IMG/VR virus record: IMGVR_UViG_3300050501_000057
Strand: one strand, 5' to 3'
Length of the DNA stretch: 64,000 nucleotides
Origin: a virus
A model generated the notes under the pieces. It saw nothing but the letters and a program-made list of their open reading frames with translations, had not been told where the DNA came from and did not search any database. The position numbers were made by a program, and so were the translations under genes. Below are positions 44,852 through 54,142 of the stretch, in pieces. The stretch's first letter is position 1. Every line of letters begins with the position of its first letter.

Positions 44852-47027
44852 TCCACACACCCTCAAGCTTTGGTCAATACAATTCGGTACTCCTGACTTT
44901 CAGTGTCTCATACCGATCAACAATAAGAGCTTCTATATCGGGGAGTTTGAAGACATTCTCGCCGACGAAGAGATCGAAATCATAATGCACAGAGCTACTT
45001 TTGATCTCAAAGTAATGTGGGCGAATGGATGGCGCACTATTCGGAACATCCATTGCACGCGTACCGCTGAGCAGTTAATCACTGCCGGTACCTTCGCCAA
45101 CACGTCTCTCGCCGGTACCCTCAAGAGATACTTCGGTATTGATATGTCTAAAGACGAGCGAGGGGATTTCTACAAGGCGGAAGACGGTAAGGAAGCTGAC
45201 GAGCGGGGAATGATTACTATGTTCGAGGCGTCGGGGTGCAAGTGGACGCCGGAGCTTCAGAACTACGCGCTGTCAGATGTTGAACACCTTGTCCCTCTGC
45301 GCGAGGCGCAGATGAAGCGCCTCGCCGCAGAGGGTATGGAACGCTTGTGGGAGAAGATAGAAAAACCTCTTGTCGAAACGACCGCTCTTCTCGAATTTCG
45401 AGGGGTGAGAATGGACGAGAAGGAATGCAAGGACTTCCAAGCGCGTATGAAGAAGCGTGCTGATGAAGCAGAGGTAGAGCTTGTCAAAGTTCTGGACGTG
45501 AAATGGAAAGCTTATGCGCTCCCGCTCTTCGAGAAGAATTTTGCGACTTATCAGAAGTGGTCAACGAAGCATCAGAAGATCGTCAAAGAGACTAACGGAG
45601 ATCGTGACCCGCTGAACAAGAAGAAGATCAGTCAGGAAGCTATGCAGAAGCGCAAGATCCACGAAGAAGTAAAACCCTTCCGCACAGTTCCGAAACCTCC
45701 GAAAGACATCAACCTAAACTCCGTTCCGCAGATGCGCCACGCCTTAGAGCAGATGGACATCTACCTTCCCAATATGCAAAAGATGACTCTCGAAGACGCG
45801 GCGGGAGAGCATCCAATCTTGACCGACCTCGCCGAGTATAAGAAGTATGAAAAGCTCGGTCAGATGTCGGAGATTTGGGAGAAGATCAACAGAGCGACCG
45901 GTAGGATACATCAAGAACTCAATCAGAACGTAGACACCGGGAGGTTCAGTTCAAAGAATCCGAACCTTACCAACATCCCCGCTCGCGCGGACGAAGGTAA
46001 GATGTTCCGCGCTCTGTTCACAGCTTCTCTCGGCAGCTTACTCGGTGTCGCAGACTACGCCGCGATTGAGCTAATCATCATCGGTATCAAGTCAGGAGAC
46101 AAGAAACTTCTTCACGCCTTGAACAACAATCTTGATATGCACTGTTGGACGATGAGTCATTTTCTTAATTGCGACTATGAGTCTTTAGTTAGACTCAAGG
46201 ACAATAAAGAGAAAATGGAAGCTCGCGGGAGCGATTACAAAATCGTCGCCGATGCTCGTAAAAAATTCGAGAAAGCGTTCAGTCTTCCCGATCTGAAGAA
46301 ACTCAAAGGTGAGTACGCCGACCTCGAAAAGTGGGTCAAAACTTTTCGAGATTATTGCAAGACACTGACCTACGGTATCGCATATGGTCTGTCTTCGTTT
46401 GGACTCTCACGCAAGTTCCATTGTGAACCTGACGACGCGCAAAGGTTCATTGACGTATTCTTCTCGATTTATCCGTCAATCAAGCGGTGGTTGGATTCTC
46501 AATCCGACTTCGCCGAGCGCACCGGTTACTCTAAGACCGGAAGCGGACGGCGCCGGTACTACATACGACCTCGTAAACCGGGAAACGCCGACGTACAAAC
46601 GGAAATGACTCGGATACTAAAGCAACAAGACCGCGACCCGGAGTCATTGTCTGATCAAGAATGGAATGAGATTTGGGAAGACATAGAGAAGAAACTCTAT
46701 CGCCAGTACAGGCAGACACTCGGTCGTATCCGGCGTCAAGCTGCGAACCAACCAATTCAAGGTCTAAGCGCGGACATCACAAAACGCGCGATGGTCTTGT
46801 TTGAGGATTGGTGGAAAGTGTATTGCGAAGAGCACGCTATAGACCGATTCAAGTTCGGTATTGTTCTGACAGTTCACGACGAACTTGTTATTGACGTTCC
46901 GAAGAAGCACATCAAAACAGCGATCACGCAGCTTAAATGGGCGATGGAATATTCCGCTAAATCTCTCCTGGGAGATAACGCCAACATCGTTGTCTCTCCC
47001 ATCATTACACCCTTCTGGAAGAAATGA
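44742..47027 (+). CDS. polA: DNA polymerase family A with 3'-5' exonuclease
   Basis: Exo DTET, HRATFDL, YALSD; TGRFSS..PNL.NIP; motif A ADYAAIEL; motif B RDYCKTLTYGIAYG; NQPIQG; motif C TVHDEL. Confidence 0.96.
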   Translation: MKSGRLFADTRAKIKQAVKELRNEPIIGSDTETSSLDPHTLKLWSIQFGTPDFQCLIPINNKSFYIGEFEDILADEEIEIIMHRATFDLKVMWANGWRTIRNIHCTRTAEQLITAGTFANTSLAGTLKRYFGIDMSKDERGDFYKAEDGKEADERGMITMFEASGCKWTPELQNYALSDVEHLVPLREAQMKRLAAEGMERLWEKIEKPLVETTALLEFRGVRMDEKECKDFQARMKKRADEAEVELVKVLDVKWKAYALPLFEKNFATYQKWSTKHQKIVKETNGDRDPLNKKKISQEAMQKRKIHEEVKPFRTVPKPPKDINLNSVPQMRHALEQMDIYLPNMQKMTLEDAAGEHPILTDLAEYKKYEKLGQMSEIWEKINRATGRIHQELNQNVDTGRFSSKNPNLTNIPARADEGKMFRALFTASLGSLLGVADYAAIELIIIGIKSGDKKLLHALNNNLDMHCWTMSHFLNCDYESLVRLKDNKEKMEARGSDYKIVADARKKFEKAFSLPDLKKLKGEYADLEKWVKTFRDYCKTLTYGIAYGLSSFGLSRKFHCEPDDAQRFIDVFFSIYPSIKRWLDSQSDFAERTGYSKTGSGRRRYYIRPRKPGNADVQTEMTRILKQQDRDPESLSDQEWNEIWEDIEKKLYRQYRQTLGRIRRQAANQPIQGLSADITKRAMVLFEDWWKVYCEEHAIDRFKFGIVLTVHDELVIDVPKKHIKTAITQLKWAMEYSAKSLLGDNANIVVSPIITPFWKK

Positions 47028-47033
47028 GGTTCT

Positions 47034-47225
47034 ATGTTGCAGAAGTATACGTGTCGTGTTCACGACGAGATTGATACAACGTATCAAATCACGCTTCGTA
47101 ATGCTAAAGGCGAGCTAGTATTCACTCACCCATATTGTCTTCAGTGTTACGATAACTTCCTTCAACAACACCTCGACATTCTAAAACCCGTCAAAGACGA
47201 CGAAGAAGAGGATTCACCATTATGA
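47034..47225 (+). CDS. Small zinc-binding protein
   Basis: CRVH...CLQC, RBS GAGGT. Confidence 0.6.
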   Translation: MLQKYTCRVHDEIDTTYQITLRNAKGELVFTHPYCLQCYDNFLQQHLDILKPVKDDEEEDSPL

Positions 47226-47896
47226 ATTACACCATCGAAAAACCTTTAGAGTTTATAGCGGAGCGAGATTGGAATCCCGAACTTGTCGCCGCTTCAACAT
47301 CGAAGTTATGCAGGTTCACCGGACGCTGTAAATACTTCTACTCAGTCGCTCAACATATGCAACTTGCGGCGCACATCGCCGGTCGTTTGATGCACCGGAA
47401 ATTCGCCAAACAAAAACAAGTCGAAGAAGAATCTTCCTGGTACGCGGGAGGAAATAAACGCGCTGTACAGTTCTTCCGCGTAATGTTGATGGCGCATCTC
47501 CACGACTCCATTGAGCATTTGACGGGAGATATTATTACACCGGTGAAGCGTACCTTGATGTTTAATCCCGACACCAACAAGACACCGTACAAAGACTTGT
47601 TTCAATGGGAGAATGCGAAACTACAAGACATCTACAAATACCACGGTATTGACCCGACGCTTCTGGAACTGGAAGCAGTTACTTTAGCTGATAGGTTCGC
47701 GCTCTCTTTTGAGGTAAAAGAGTTGATGGATTGGGAGCATCCGTGCTGGCAATCGCACTTGGAGACATTTCCGGTCAGCACGTTTCCAAACATCTCAATC
47801 GAATTTATGTCTTCTAGTCTCGCGGAACAAGCTTGGTTGGAAGACTATTACGACCTGTGTAATAAACTCACAAGCAGGGAGGCGCTACTCGTATGA
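47222..47896 (+). CDS. HD-domain phosphohydrolase (YfbR-like deoxynucleotidase)
   Basis: CRFTG..YSVAQH..HLHDSIE..GDIITPVK..AD..AL..E. Confidence 0.85.
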   Translation: MNYTIEKPLEFIAERDWNPELVAASTSKLCRFTGRCKYFYSVAQHMQLAAHIAGRLMHRKFAKQKQVEEESSWYAGGNKRAVQFFRVMLMAHLHDSIEHLTGDIITPVKRTLMFNPDTNKTPYKDLFQWENAKLQDIYKYHGIDPTLLELEAVTLADRFALSFEVKELMDWEHPCWQSHLETFPVSTFPNISIEFMSSSLAEQAWLEDYYDLCNKLTSREALLV

Positions 47897-49224
47897 TTGA
47901 AATTCGCGGACTACAGCAAGGCGGTAAAGATTGGTTACGCTGGCGTGACGGCGGAATAGGCGGGAGCGAAGCGTCTGTCATATACAGAGGCGATCTCTTC
48001 GGCAAGACGCCGTATGGACTCTGGATGAAGAAACTCGGTTTGGTAGAGTCAGTCAGCTTTACACAAGTTCAACAAGCTCACCTCGACCGTGGACACGCTC
48101 TTGAACCGGAAGCTAGGAAACAATTCATCGAGCGTACAGGTATTACGGTCGAACCTCTTTGCGTACAGAGCAGCGAGCATCACTTTATGTATGCGTCTCT
48201 CGACGGCATCAACGCCGCGAGAGACGTAATCGTAGAGATCAAAGCTCCCGCAGAAGGGATGTTCATAAAGACGCTCGAATCGGGGATACCTGATTATTAC
48301 TACGATCAGGTACAGCATCAAATCAAAGTTGTGAACGCGCGGGAAGCTTATTACTTCGCGTTCAATCCTGAGATCAAACCTTACATCTACATCGAGCGGA
48401 TTCTCCCCGACCCTGCGCACATTCAAGAGTTGATCAGAAAGGAAGAAATCTTCTGGCGTCACGTCGAAGCGGAAGTTCCTCCCTGGTACGATCTTGGACT
48501 CGACAAAGCGCAGGTCGGAGTTATGGGATTGACTCTTCTCGGAGGTCACGCGCGGGTAGGTAAAGATACTATCGGCGAGCTTCACCGGCATATGTTCAAG
48601 AGCACTCGCTATGCTTTCGCCGACGCTCTTAAACAGGCGTACTGTAATCTGAAGGGTTATGGACTCGATTACCTGGAAAAGAACAAAGAGAAGCATCGTA
48701 CCGACTTGATAGCTCTCGGTCACGGTATGCGACAAGTTCACGGTGACATATGGGTCGAAGGCGTCTTCAATCCTTCGAGCAACATCTTTGACTCGATGCA
48801 AAAAGCGGGAGCGGTGATTACCGATTGCCGCTACGTGAACGAAGCAAGCGCAGGTAGACGAGTAGCGGCGAAGCTCGGTGTACCCTGTCGCGTGGTTTGG
48901 GTGGAGCGACCGGGAGTAGGACCGGCGCACGAGACGGAGCGAGACGCCGGTGGTTTGCTGCGCTCCGTGTCTGACATCATTCTTGTCAACGACCTGGATG
49001 CTACCGACCCGGAAGATTACATTTCGATGGAGAAGGCGCTTCTACACGCTATGACGTTCGTCCCGAACGGTAAACAAATAACCATCGTCGCCTCTTCGTT
49101 CTCTGACATTGCGAAGAAGGTTACGCTACGAAGGAAACCCAAAACCAATGACACCAAACCAAAGAAAGCTAGTCGAAAGACTCGCGTTCCTGCTCGCAGA
49201 CAACGAAACCGTAAGGTGTCCTAG
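47893..49224 (+). CDS. YqaJ/lambda-exonuclease fused to a dNMP-kinase-like P-loop domain
   Basis: WL.WR..GIGGSE..RGH.LEP..ASLDG..EIK..YY.QVQHQ; then GGHARVGKDT..AFADALK..ITDCRYVNE. Confidence 0.88.
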   Translation: MIEIRGLQQGGKDWLRWRDGGIGGSEASVIYRGDLFGKTPYGLWMKKLGLVESVSFTQVQQAHLDRGHALEPEARKQFIERTGITVEPLCVQSSEHHFMYASLDGINAARDVIVEIKAPAEGMFIKTLESGIPDYYYDQVQHQIKVVNAREAYYFAFNPEIKPYIYIERILPDPAHIQELIRKEEIFWRHVEAEVPPWYDLGLDKAQVGVMGLTLLGGHARVGKDTIGELHRHMFKSTRYAFADALKQAYCNLKGYGLDYLEKNKEKHRTDLIALGHGMRQVHGDIWVEGVFNPSSNIFDSMQKAGAVITDCRYVNEASAGRRVAAKLGVPCRVVWVERPGVGPAHETERDAGGLLRSVSDIILVNDLDATDPEDYISMEKALLHAMTFVPNGKQITIVASSFSDIAKKVTLRRKPKTNDTKPKKASRKTRVPARRQRNRKVS

Positions 49225-49552
49225 TTGCGAGTCAACTCTTAATCGCGCGAGCAACGCACATCAATTGCGTTGCTCGTGCGGTTTACTCCTAACGCTCTAT
49301 GTCACAACAAACGAAAAAAGAATCATCGAAAAGCAGCGGGAGCAAATTGGAGGACGACCTGTTATGGTTGCTGATGACGAACGGGTTTCCACTCCCCAAA
49401 CCGCAACAAAGTCTCTCCCCGGACATAACGCCGAAAAGAAAGTGGGCGGTAGACTTCGTGTACTATCTCCCGACCGGAGAACTACACATCGAGGTACAAG
49501 GCGGAACGTGGATAAGGGGGAGACATTCAACGGGAAAAGGCGCAAGAAGTGA
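49148..49552 (+). CDS. Zinc-ribbon protein
   Basis: CPSC..CSCG; tail overlaps the next gene. Confidence 0.55.
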   Translation: MTPNQRKLVERLAFLLADNETVRCPSCESTLNRASNAHQLRCSCGLLLTLYVTTNEKRIIEKQREQIGGRPVMVADDERVSTPQTATKSLPGHNAEKKVGGRLRVLSPDRRTTHRGTRRNVDKGETFNGKRRKK

Positions 49553-50021
49553 TTCGCAGAAGCTAAACTATTCTGCGTGTCTTGGACACCGCACCTTGTA
49601 CGTCACAAGCGATATGATCCGGGACAGAACGGCGCTAGACTGGATCTACCTTGCGCTTTTTCATTCAAAGACCGGGTACGGCGCAGACGACCCATACCGA
49701 CTTCCCGGAGATCATCACAGAACGCCGCTTAAACACTTTGTTGAAGAAAGAGGTAAACATTATGGCGAACCGCTTAGTCTTGAAGCTGTATGTCGCATCC
49801 GTCGTAAGAGGCGAAAGAACCGCGTCAAACGCTCTGCTAGTCGCAAGTCTACCGGTCAAAAAGTTTCTAAGGGAGTACGCGCCAAGACTCCTGGAAAACC
49901 TGATCGAAAACTCAGATCGAGATTACGGAACAAAGACACCGGGAAAACAAAAGCTTCTCGCAAGTCTCAAGGTAACAAACGAAAGACTACTGCGGGAGGT
50001 AATACCAATCGTCGCGTGTAA
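49299..50021 (+). CDS. PD-(D/E)xK endonuclease, possible Holliday-junction resolvase
   Basis: RKWAVDF..IEVQGGTW..GRH..D..KLN..LG. Confidence 0.75.
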   Translation: MSQQTKKESSKSSGSKLEDDLLWLLMTNGFPLPKPQQSLSPDITPKRKWAVDFVYYLPTGELHIEVQGGTWIRGRHSTGKGARSDSQKLNYSACLGHRTLYVTSDMIRDRTALDWIYLALFHSKTGYGADDPYRLPGDHHRTPLKHFVEERGKHYGEPLSLEAVCRIRRKRRKNRVKRSASRKSTGQKVSKGVRAKTPGKPDRKLRSRLRNKDTGKTKASRKSQGNKRKTTAGGNTNRRV

Positions 50022-50268
50022 TCCGTGGATTGACGTTGAGCTTTATTTCTCCGACTCAGTAATCACGAATGCTTTCAAGAGTAAGAGGATTGAAGTTTGG
50101 GCGGCGTCAAACTTTTGTCGGCGGTCGGGCGGAGCGGTGTTAGAACATAGTGAGCAATGGTCAAGGTTATACTGGTTAATTGGTGAACTTGGCGCAGAGG
50201 TTTGTTATAATCCATTGGCAGACGAAACGATGATCCAATTGCTGTCGGACACTCGGCAGCTAGTCTAA
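49762..50268 (+). CDS. Degenerate RNase HI-like protein
   Basis: LKLYVAS..VELYFSDSVIT..W....F....G..LEHSEQWSRL follows the RNase HI layout but lacks the N-terminal catalytic Asp. Confidence 0.45.
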   Translation: MANRLVLKLYVASVVRGERTASNALLVASLPVKKFLREYAPRLLENLIENSDRDYGTKTPGKQKLLASLKVTNERLLREVIPIVACNPWIDVELYFSDSVITNAFKSKRIEVWAASNFCRRSGGAVLEHSEQWSRLYWLIGELGAEVCYNPLADETMIQLLSDTRQLV

Positions 50269-50284
50269 CAATGGAGAAACAACT

Positions 50285-50599
50285 ATGCTTCAAGACACCT
50301 TGACTCAAATCGGCGTAGCTACCGCTCTCGCGGGATTGCTGTCGCCGTTCCTCACTCACGTAACTAAGACTGTCTTCGGCGTTGACAGTCTGCGAGCTTA
50401 CGCGATTCATATCGCGTCGAGCGCGCTAACTTCACTTGCGGCGTTCGCCATCACGGGAGGTCTTACGCCCTCGACCTTCCTCAGTAAGTTTCCGCAAGTC
50501 GCTGTCCTGTCTTCAACTGCTTTCGCTATTTACAAAGCTGCGAGCGGATTGAAGATTTCCCCGACTCCCCCACCGACCGATACACCCCCGGTCGAGTAG
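50285..50599 (+). CDS. Membrane protein, holin-like
   Basis: 104 aa with about three hydrophobic segments. Confidence 0.55.
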   Translation: MLQDTLTQIGVATALAGLLSPFLTHVTKTVFGVDSLRAYAIHIASSALTSLAAFAITGGLTPSTFLSKFPQVAVLSSTAFAIYKAASGLKISPTPPPTDTPPVE

Positions 50600-50602
50600 C
50601 GA

Positions 50603-50642
50603 GAAAGGACCGGCGCACCGAAGCGCCGGTCCTTTCGTTTTG
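50603..50642 (+). terminator. Intrinsic terminator
   Basis: GAAAGGACCGGCGC-ACCGAA-GCGCCGGTCCTTTC-GTTTT. Confidence 0.8.
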
Positions 50643-50652
50643 AGGTAGCTAA

Positions 50653-50931
50653 ATGCTAAGAGACGAACTTAACACTCCCGCAAAACGCACCAAGTTTATG
50701 CGTACTTGGATGGAATCAACAGGACCAGATAGCTTCGCCTATTTTATGAACTCACGAGATTTGGGGTATAACGACAGACAACATTGCGAAGAAGAATTGT
50801 TCAAATACGATAAAGAGGTTTGCTTTTATTTCTTCCCGCATCTGAAAGGACTAGAAGAAGATGATTTTCTACAAACGGGGATTTCTACAGACTATAACGT
50901 CACTGTTAGCGGCGGCGGTTACGCTGGTTAA
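50653..50931 (+). CDS. Hypothetical protein
   Basis: 92 aa, RBS GAGGT. Confidence 0.65.
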   Translation: MLRDELNTPAKRTKFMRTWMESTGPDSFAYFMNSRDLGYNDRQHCEEELFKYDKEVCFYFFPHLKGLEEDDFLQTGISTDYNVTVSGGGYAG

Positions 50932-51071
50932 AAAGGCGCTACGCCGGAAACCTGTCCGGCGTATACGCGGCGTGACTTTAGATGAACTACTCCCGGCGTT
51001 CGATGAAATGAAGAAAACACTCAAAGAGACACTTGAGTCGAAGACGCTTTGGAGTAGTCTTGCTGCGGGAA

Positions 51072-51533
51072 CTAGAGTGCCAGTTGACTCAATTCTCCCG
51101 CACGCTGACGTATCAAGGTCGCGTCTGACTTCATTACGTCGAGTTGTTTTTTCGCGTGAACTAAATTCAAATCCTGACCGAGATGCTGTTCAACTTCTGC
51201 TATCCGGTCGAGTGACCTCAAAGCGAGTGTCAGTAATCCGCCGAGTTCCTTCAGTCGCTCTTGTGTGTGACTGAGTTCGTCTACAACGCTCTCGTGCTTA
51301 GTCAAGAGGGAGAGATATTTCGCCTGCCAGTCTATTACGCTGGTCGTAGCTTCTCGCAAGAGACTACGAAGAGTGTTTATCTCTCCCCATAGTTCCTTCC
51401 TGATAGTCTCTTCTATATCGCTCTTCGTTCTCGCTTGTTTCCGAGTACGCCATAACGAGCGAGCGATGATCGCCAACCACGTCACCGCGCTACTTCCTGT
51501 CCCAATCAGTATTCTTTCCAGTTCGTTGTTCAT
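51072..51533 (-). CDS. Membrane-anchored coiled-coil protein in the lysis region
   Basis: N-terminal hydrophobic helix plus coiled coil, downstream of the endolysin. Confidence 0.65.
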   Translation of the reverse strand: MNNELERILIGTGSSAVTWLAIIARSLWRTRKQARTKSDIEETIRKELWGEINTLRSLLREATTSVIDWQAKYLSLLTKHESVVDELSHTQERLKELGGLLTLALRSLDRIAEVEQHLGQDLNLVHAKKQLDVMKSDATLIRQRAGELSQLAL

Positions 51534-51645
51534 TTATACACCCCGTTTTTCTTTACCAGATGACCGTACAGAAGAGATTTTGACCTGGGGTATACCTTAC
51601 CCTACCCCCGTTTTTTGACCCCTCTTCCTGGTCAATTCTGAGCGA

Positions 51646-52095
51646 TTATTTGATCTTGAAATACACCTTTTTCTTCTTAGCTAGACGCGCCGCTAGAACT
51701 TCCTGTCTCAATGGTTTGTTCCTGGTATAGCTGACGTGAGTCCATTCTCCGAATTCGTCAATAAGTTGATCGAACGGGAGCTTCAATGTTCTGATCTTCG
51801 CTACAACGTCAGCGACCGGAATACCCGGAACAAGAATGTCCGCAGCTTCGCCGAGAACGTGTTGACTGCTCGCCACTCCGCCGACAAGCTTGTTGACCTT
51901 CGGCGATCTGTAACCGGAGCTAATCACTAGCGGTTTCCCGAAGTGCTCTCGCAGAGGATCGAGGATTTGTGTACACAGAGCTTCGATAGCTTCTATGACT
52001 TCCTTCGTCGGCGTGTTGTCTATACCGTTCCGCGCCGCTTCTTGACTCACCGTGAATTCGTCTAAACTAAAATGTTTACCTACCTGCATATCCAT
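51646..52095 (-). CDS. Endolysin, peptidase M15 family
   Basis: HFSLDEF..LDPLR..ISSGYRS..N..VGG..SQH..GEAAD..WTHVS. Confidence 0.9.
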   Translation of the reverse strand: MDMQVGKHFSLDEFTVSQEAARNGIDNTPTKEVIEAIEALCTQILDPLREHFGKPLVISSGYRSPKVNKLVGGVASSQHVLGEAADILVPGIPVADVVAKIRTLKLPFDQLIDEFGEWTHVSYTRNKPLRQEVLAARLAKKKKVYFKIK

Positions 52096-52105
52096 AATGC
52101 ACCTC

Positions 52106-52441
52106 TTAAAAGAATTCAGTTATCAACAAAAAGTTACAAACTCCCGTGGTTTGCACTAAGAAGAAATCCAAACCTTCCGACGCCGGAATATCTATCTTTG
52201 GGATATTGAACTTCTTGTCTTGTCCAGGAAGAATACCCCACTGAAAACCTTCCGGTTGAAAACCTTCCACTCGCGGGAAGATCAGAGCATCGTTAAAAGG
52301 ATCAACTAGGAAGTGAAAGCTTTTAATAGGTTGCTCTGGAATTTCTTCCCCGTTCTGCTCAGCAATAACTTGCTTGATGCTTTTAGCTCCGTCCTCCGCA
52401 GTCAGATGAATTGCGGAAGTCATAGCTGTTTTCTTTTTCAT
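52106..52441 (-). CDS. Hypothetical protein
   Basis: 111 aa, RBS AGGAG. Confidence 0.7.
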   Translation of the reverse strand: MKKKTAMTSAIHLTAEDGAKSIKQVIAEQNGEEIPEQPIKSFHFLVDPFNDALIFPRVEGFQPEGFQWGILPGQDKKFNIPKIDIPASEGLDFFLVQTTGVCNFLLITEFF

Positions 52442-52453
52442 ATAACTCCTAAA

Positions 52454-52487
52454 GAAAAGGCGGGCGCTCTGAACCGCCCGCCTTTTC
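52454..52487. terminator. Bidirectional intrinsic terminator
   Basis: GAAAAGGCGGGCG..CGCCCGCCTTTTC. Confidence 0.8.
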
Positions 52488-52517
52488 GTCTTCGTGTGTT
52501 GACGTATTGTTTACTTG

Positions 52518-52766
52518 TTAGACCGGAAGAGGGTCGGTCGGAGTCGAGTACTTTTCGATCTCCGCGTCAATGAACGCGATCTCGTCAGCGGTAAGCTGTT
52601 TCCGATATTCGTTCCACTGTTCCCCGGTCCATCCACGAGCGAGCAGAAGATCGCGCGCGAGCGCGGTAGCGATATTCAAAAACGCCTGGATCTGTTCCGC
52701 CGTCGAAGCAGCGGTCAAAGCTTTAGCGGCGTTCTGAACCGTGGCGATTTTAAGAGTCTCTGACAT
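52518..52766 (-). CDS. Hypothetical helical protein
   Basis: ATG 52766 after GGAG. Confidence 0.65.
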   Translation of the reverse strand: MSETLKIATVQNAAKALTAASTAEQIQAFLNIATALARDLLLARGWTGEQWNEYRKQLTADEIAFIDAEIEKYSTPTDPLPV

Positions 52767-52923
52767 ATTTCTTTCTCCGTTATGAATGTTAGTTGCCGGT
52801 CGTTCGTCTATCAGCTTCACTACGCTTTCGCGTTTCGGGTCTTTCGGGGATACTGGTTTACGAACGTTACTATTATCCCTTATTCAACTACCGGCAATGT
52901 TGTTTCCATTGCGCGTCTTCGCG

Positions 52924-53427
52924 CTACTCGACCGGCGCCTTGATGACCAGTTCTTTAGTCGGAACTGGTTGTTTAGCGGCGGCAACGATGAGTTCAATAG
53001 ACGAGAGCGTTGCAGACGCAACGAGCAGCGCATTACTGAACTTCGCTTTCGTCGCCTCGTCCTTGATTCCAAGATCACCGCTCGCCAACAACCTTAACAG
53101 ACCAGCGTTCACGTTCTGCAAATAGATCAGGACTTCAGCTTTGTTCGTACTATTGATCTCGCCGAACTCGACAATCTTATCGCCGAGAGTATCAATCGAA
53201 ACATACAGCGACTTGAACAACTTCAGACGAGAAACGTATTCCTCATCGCTCAGATGTCCGAACGTATGCTGAACGGTCGTGATCTCTCGCGCCGACTTGA
53301 CCGACCGGGTAAACTGACCGATCTTCTTCTGAATATTCTCAGGACCGCACGCCGACTGACCAATGACGCCAGCGAGAAGAGCGAAGACCAAAGCAGCGAT
53401 TTTGATATGCTTAGCGATGTTGCGCAT
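52924..53427 (-). CDS. Lipoprotein
   Basis: Signal peptide ending in the lipobox-like QSAC-G. Confidence 0.75.
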   Translation of the reverse strand: MRNIAKHIKIAALVFALLAGVIGQSACGPENIQKKIGQFTRSVKSAREITTVQHTFGHLSDEEYVSRLKLFKSLYVSIDTLGDKIVEFGEINSTNKAEVLIYLQNVNAGLLRLLASGDLGIKDEATKAKFSNALLVASATLSSIELIVAAAKQPVPTKELVIKAPVE

Positions 53428-54104
53428 TATTTCCCTCGTTTGAAAGTCAACTCCACACTCCCCTGAGCGGTGAAGTCGTGTTCGTAGTACGGGTCAATGT
53501 AACCTTCCCTGTTACGCTCCTTGAACGTCAGGTAGTTACCTCTGACCCCGAATCGTAGACCGAAGCTCCCCTTAATCGGAACGTCGAAGAAGTAGCTCGC
53601 TCGATACCCATACAGATCGGTACCTTTGTCTCTGAACAAATAGGTGAAAGAAGCTTCGTGATTCTTCGCAAAATCCACGCCGACCGTAGCGGTAGGGTTG
53701 ATGCCGAATGAACGTGTGTACTCTTCACCCGGTTCTTTATCGAAGCTGTGATAGAACAAATCAACACCCGCTCCCGCAAAGAACTTACCAAAGTTGACCG
53801 TAGCTTCTGGATTCACTCGCGCTTCGTAATTCGGAGCGTGCTCACCCTCGTCGGTCGTAAACAGTTTCGGAAGCTGCGGAGTCTTGCTCAGATCACCGCG
53901 AACTTTGAACGCGACATTCTTCGGGAGGTCGAATCGAACCGAAGCTGTAGCTCCCGGATGAAACTCTCCGCCGTCACGCCTCAGAAGCTCCGACTTGTCG
54001 GGATTCGTAGTGAATCCAGCAAAAGCTCCCGCGCTGAATGTCTGTGCGCTAGCGCAATAAGTAAACGCCAGCAAGAATGTAACCAAATAAAAAAATTTTC
54101 GCAT
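53427..54104 (-). CDS. Outer-membrane beta-barrel protein
   Basis: Sec signal (..ASA-QT), alternating amphipathic beta strands, terminal VELTF strand. Confidence 0.75.
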   Translation of the reverse strand: MRKFFYLVTFLLAFTYCASAQTFSAGAFAGFTTNPDKSELLRRDGGEFHPGATASVRFDLPKNVAFKVRGDLSKTPQLPKLFTTDEGEHAPNYEARVNPEATVNFGKFFAGAGVDLFYHSFDKEPGEEYTRSFGINPTATVGVDFAKNHEASFTYLFRDKGTDLYGYRASYFFDVPIKGSFGLRFGVRGNYLTFKERNREGYIDPYYEHDFTAQGSVELTFKRGK

Positions 54105-54142
54105 TGTGTGTATCTCCGTAATTCGGCGATTTCGCCTACCGA

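Noticed and set aside
50861..51274. Plus-strand 137-aa ORF
   Set aside because: Overlaps both 50653-50931 and the opposite-strand 51072-51533 gene, with no clear RBS; a short real gene here cannot be excluded.
52793..52897. HDV-like or pistol ribozyme
   Set aside because: Only 7 nt lie where HDV P3/L3 would be needed, and pistol consensus linkers are absent.
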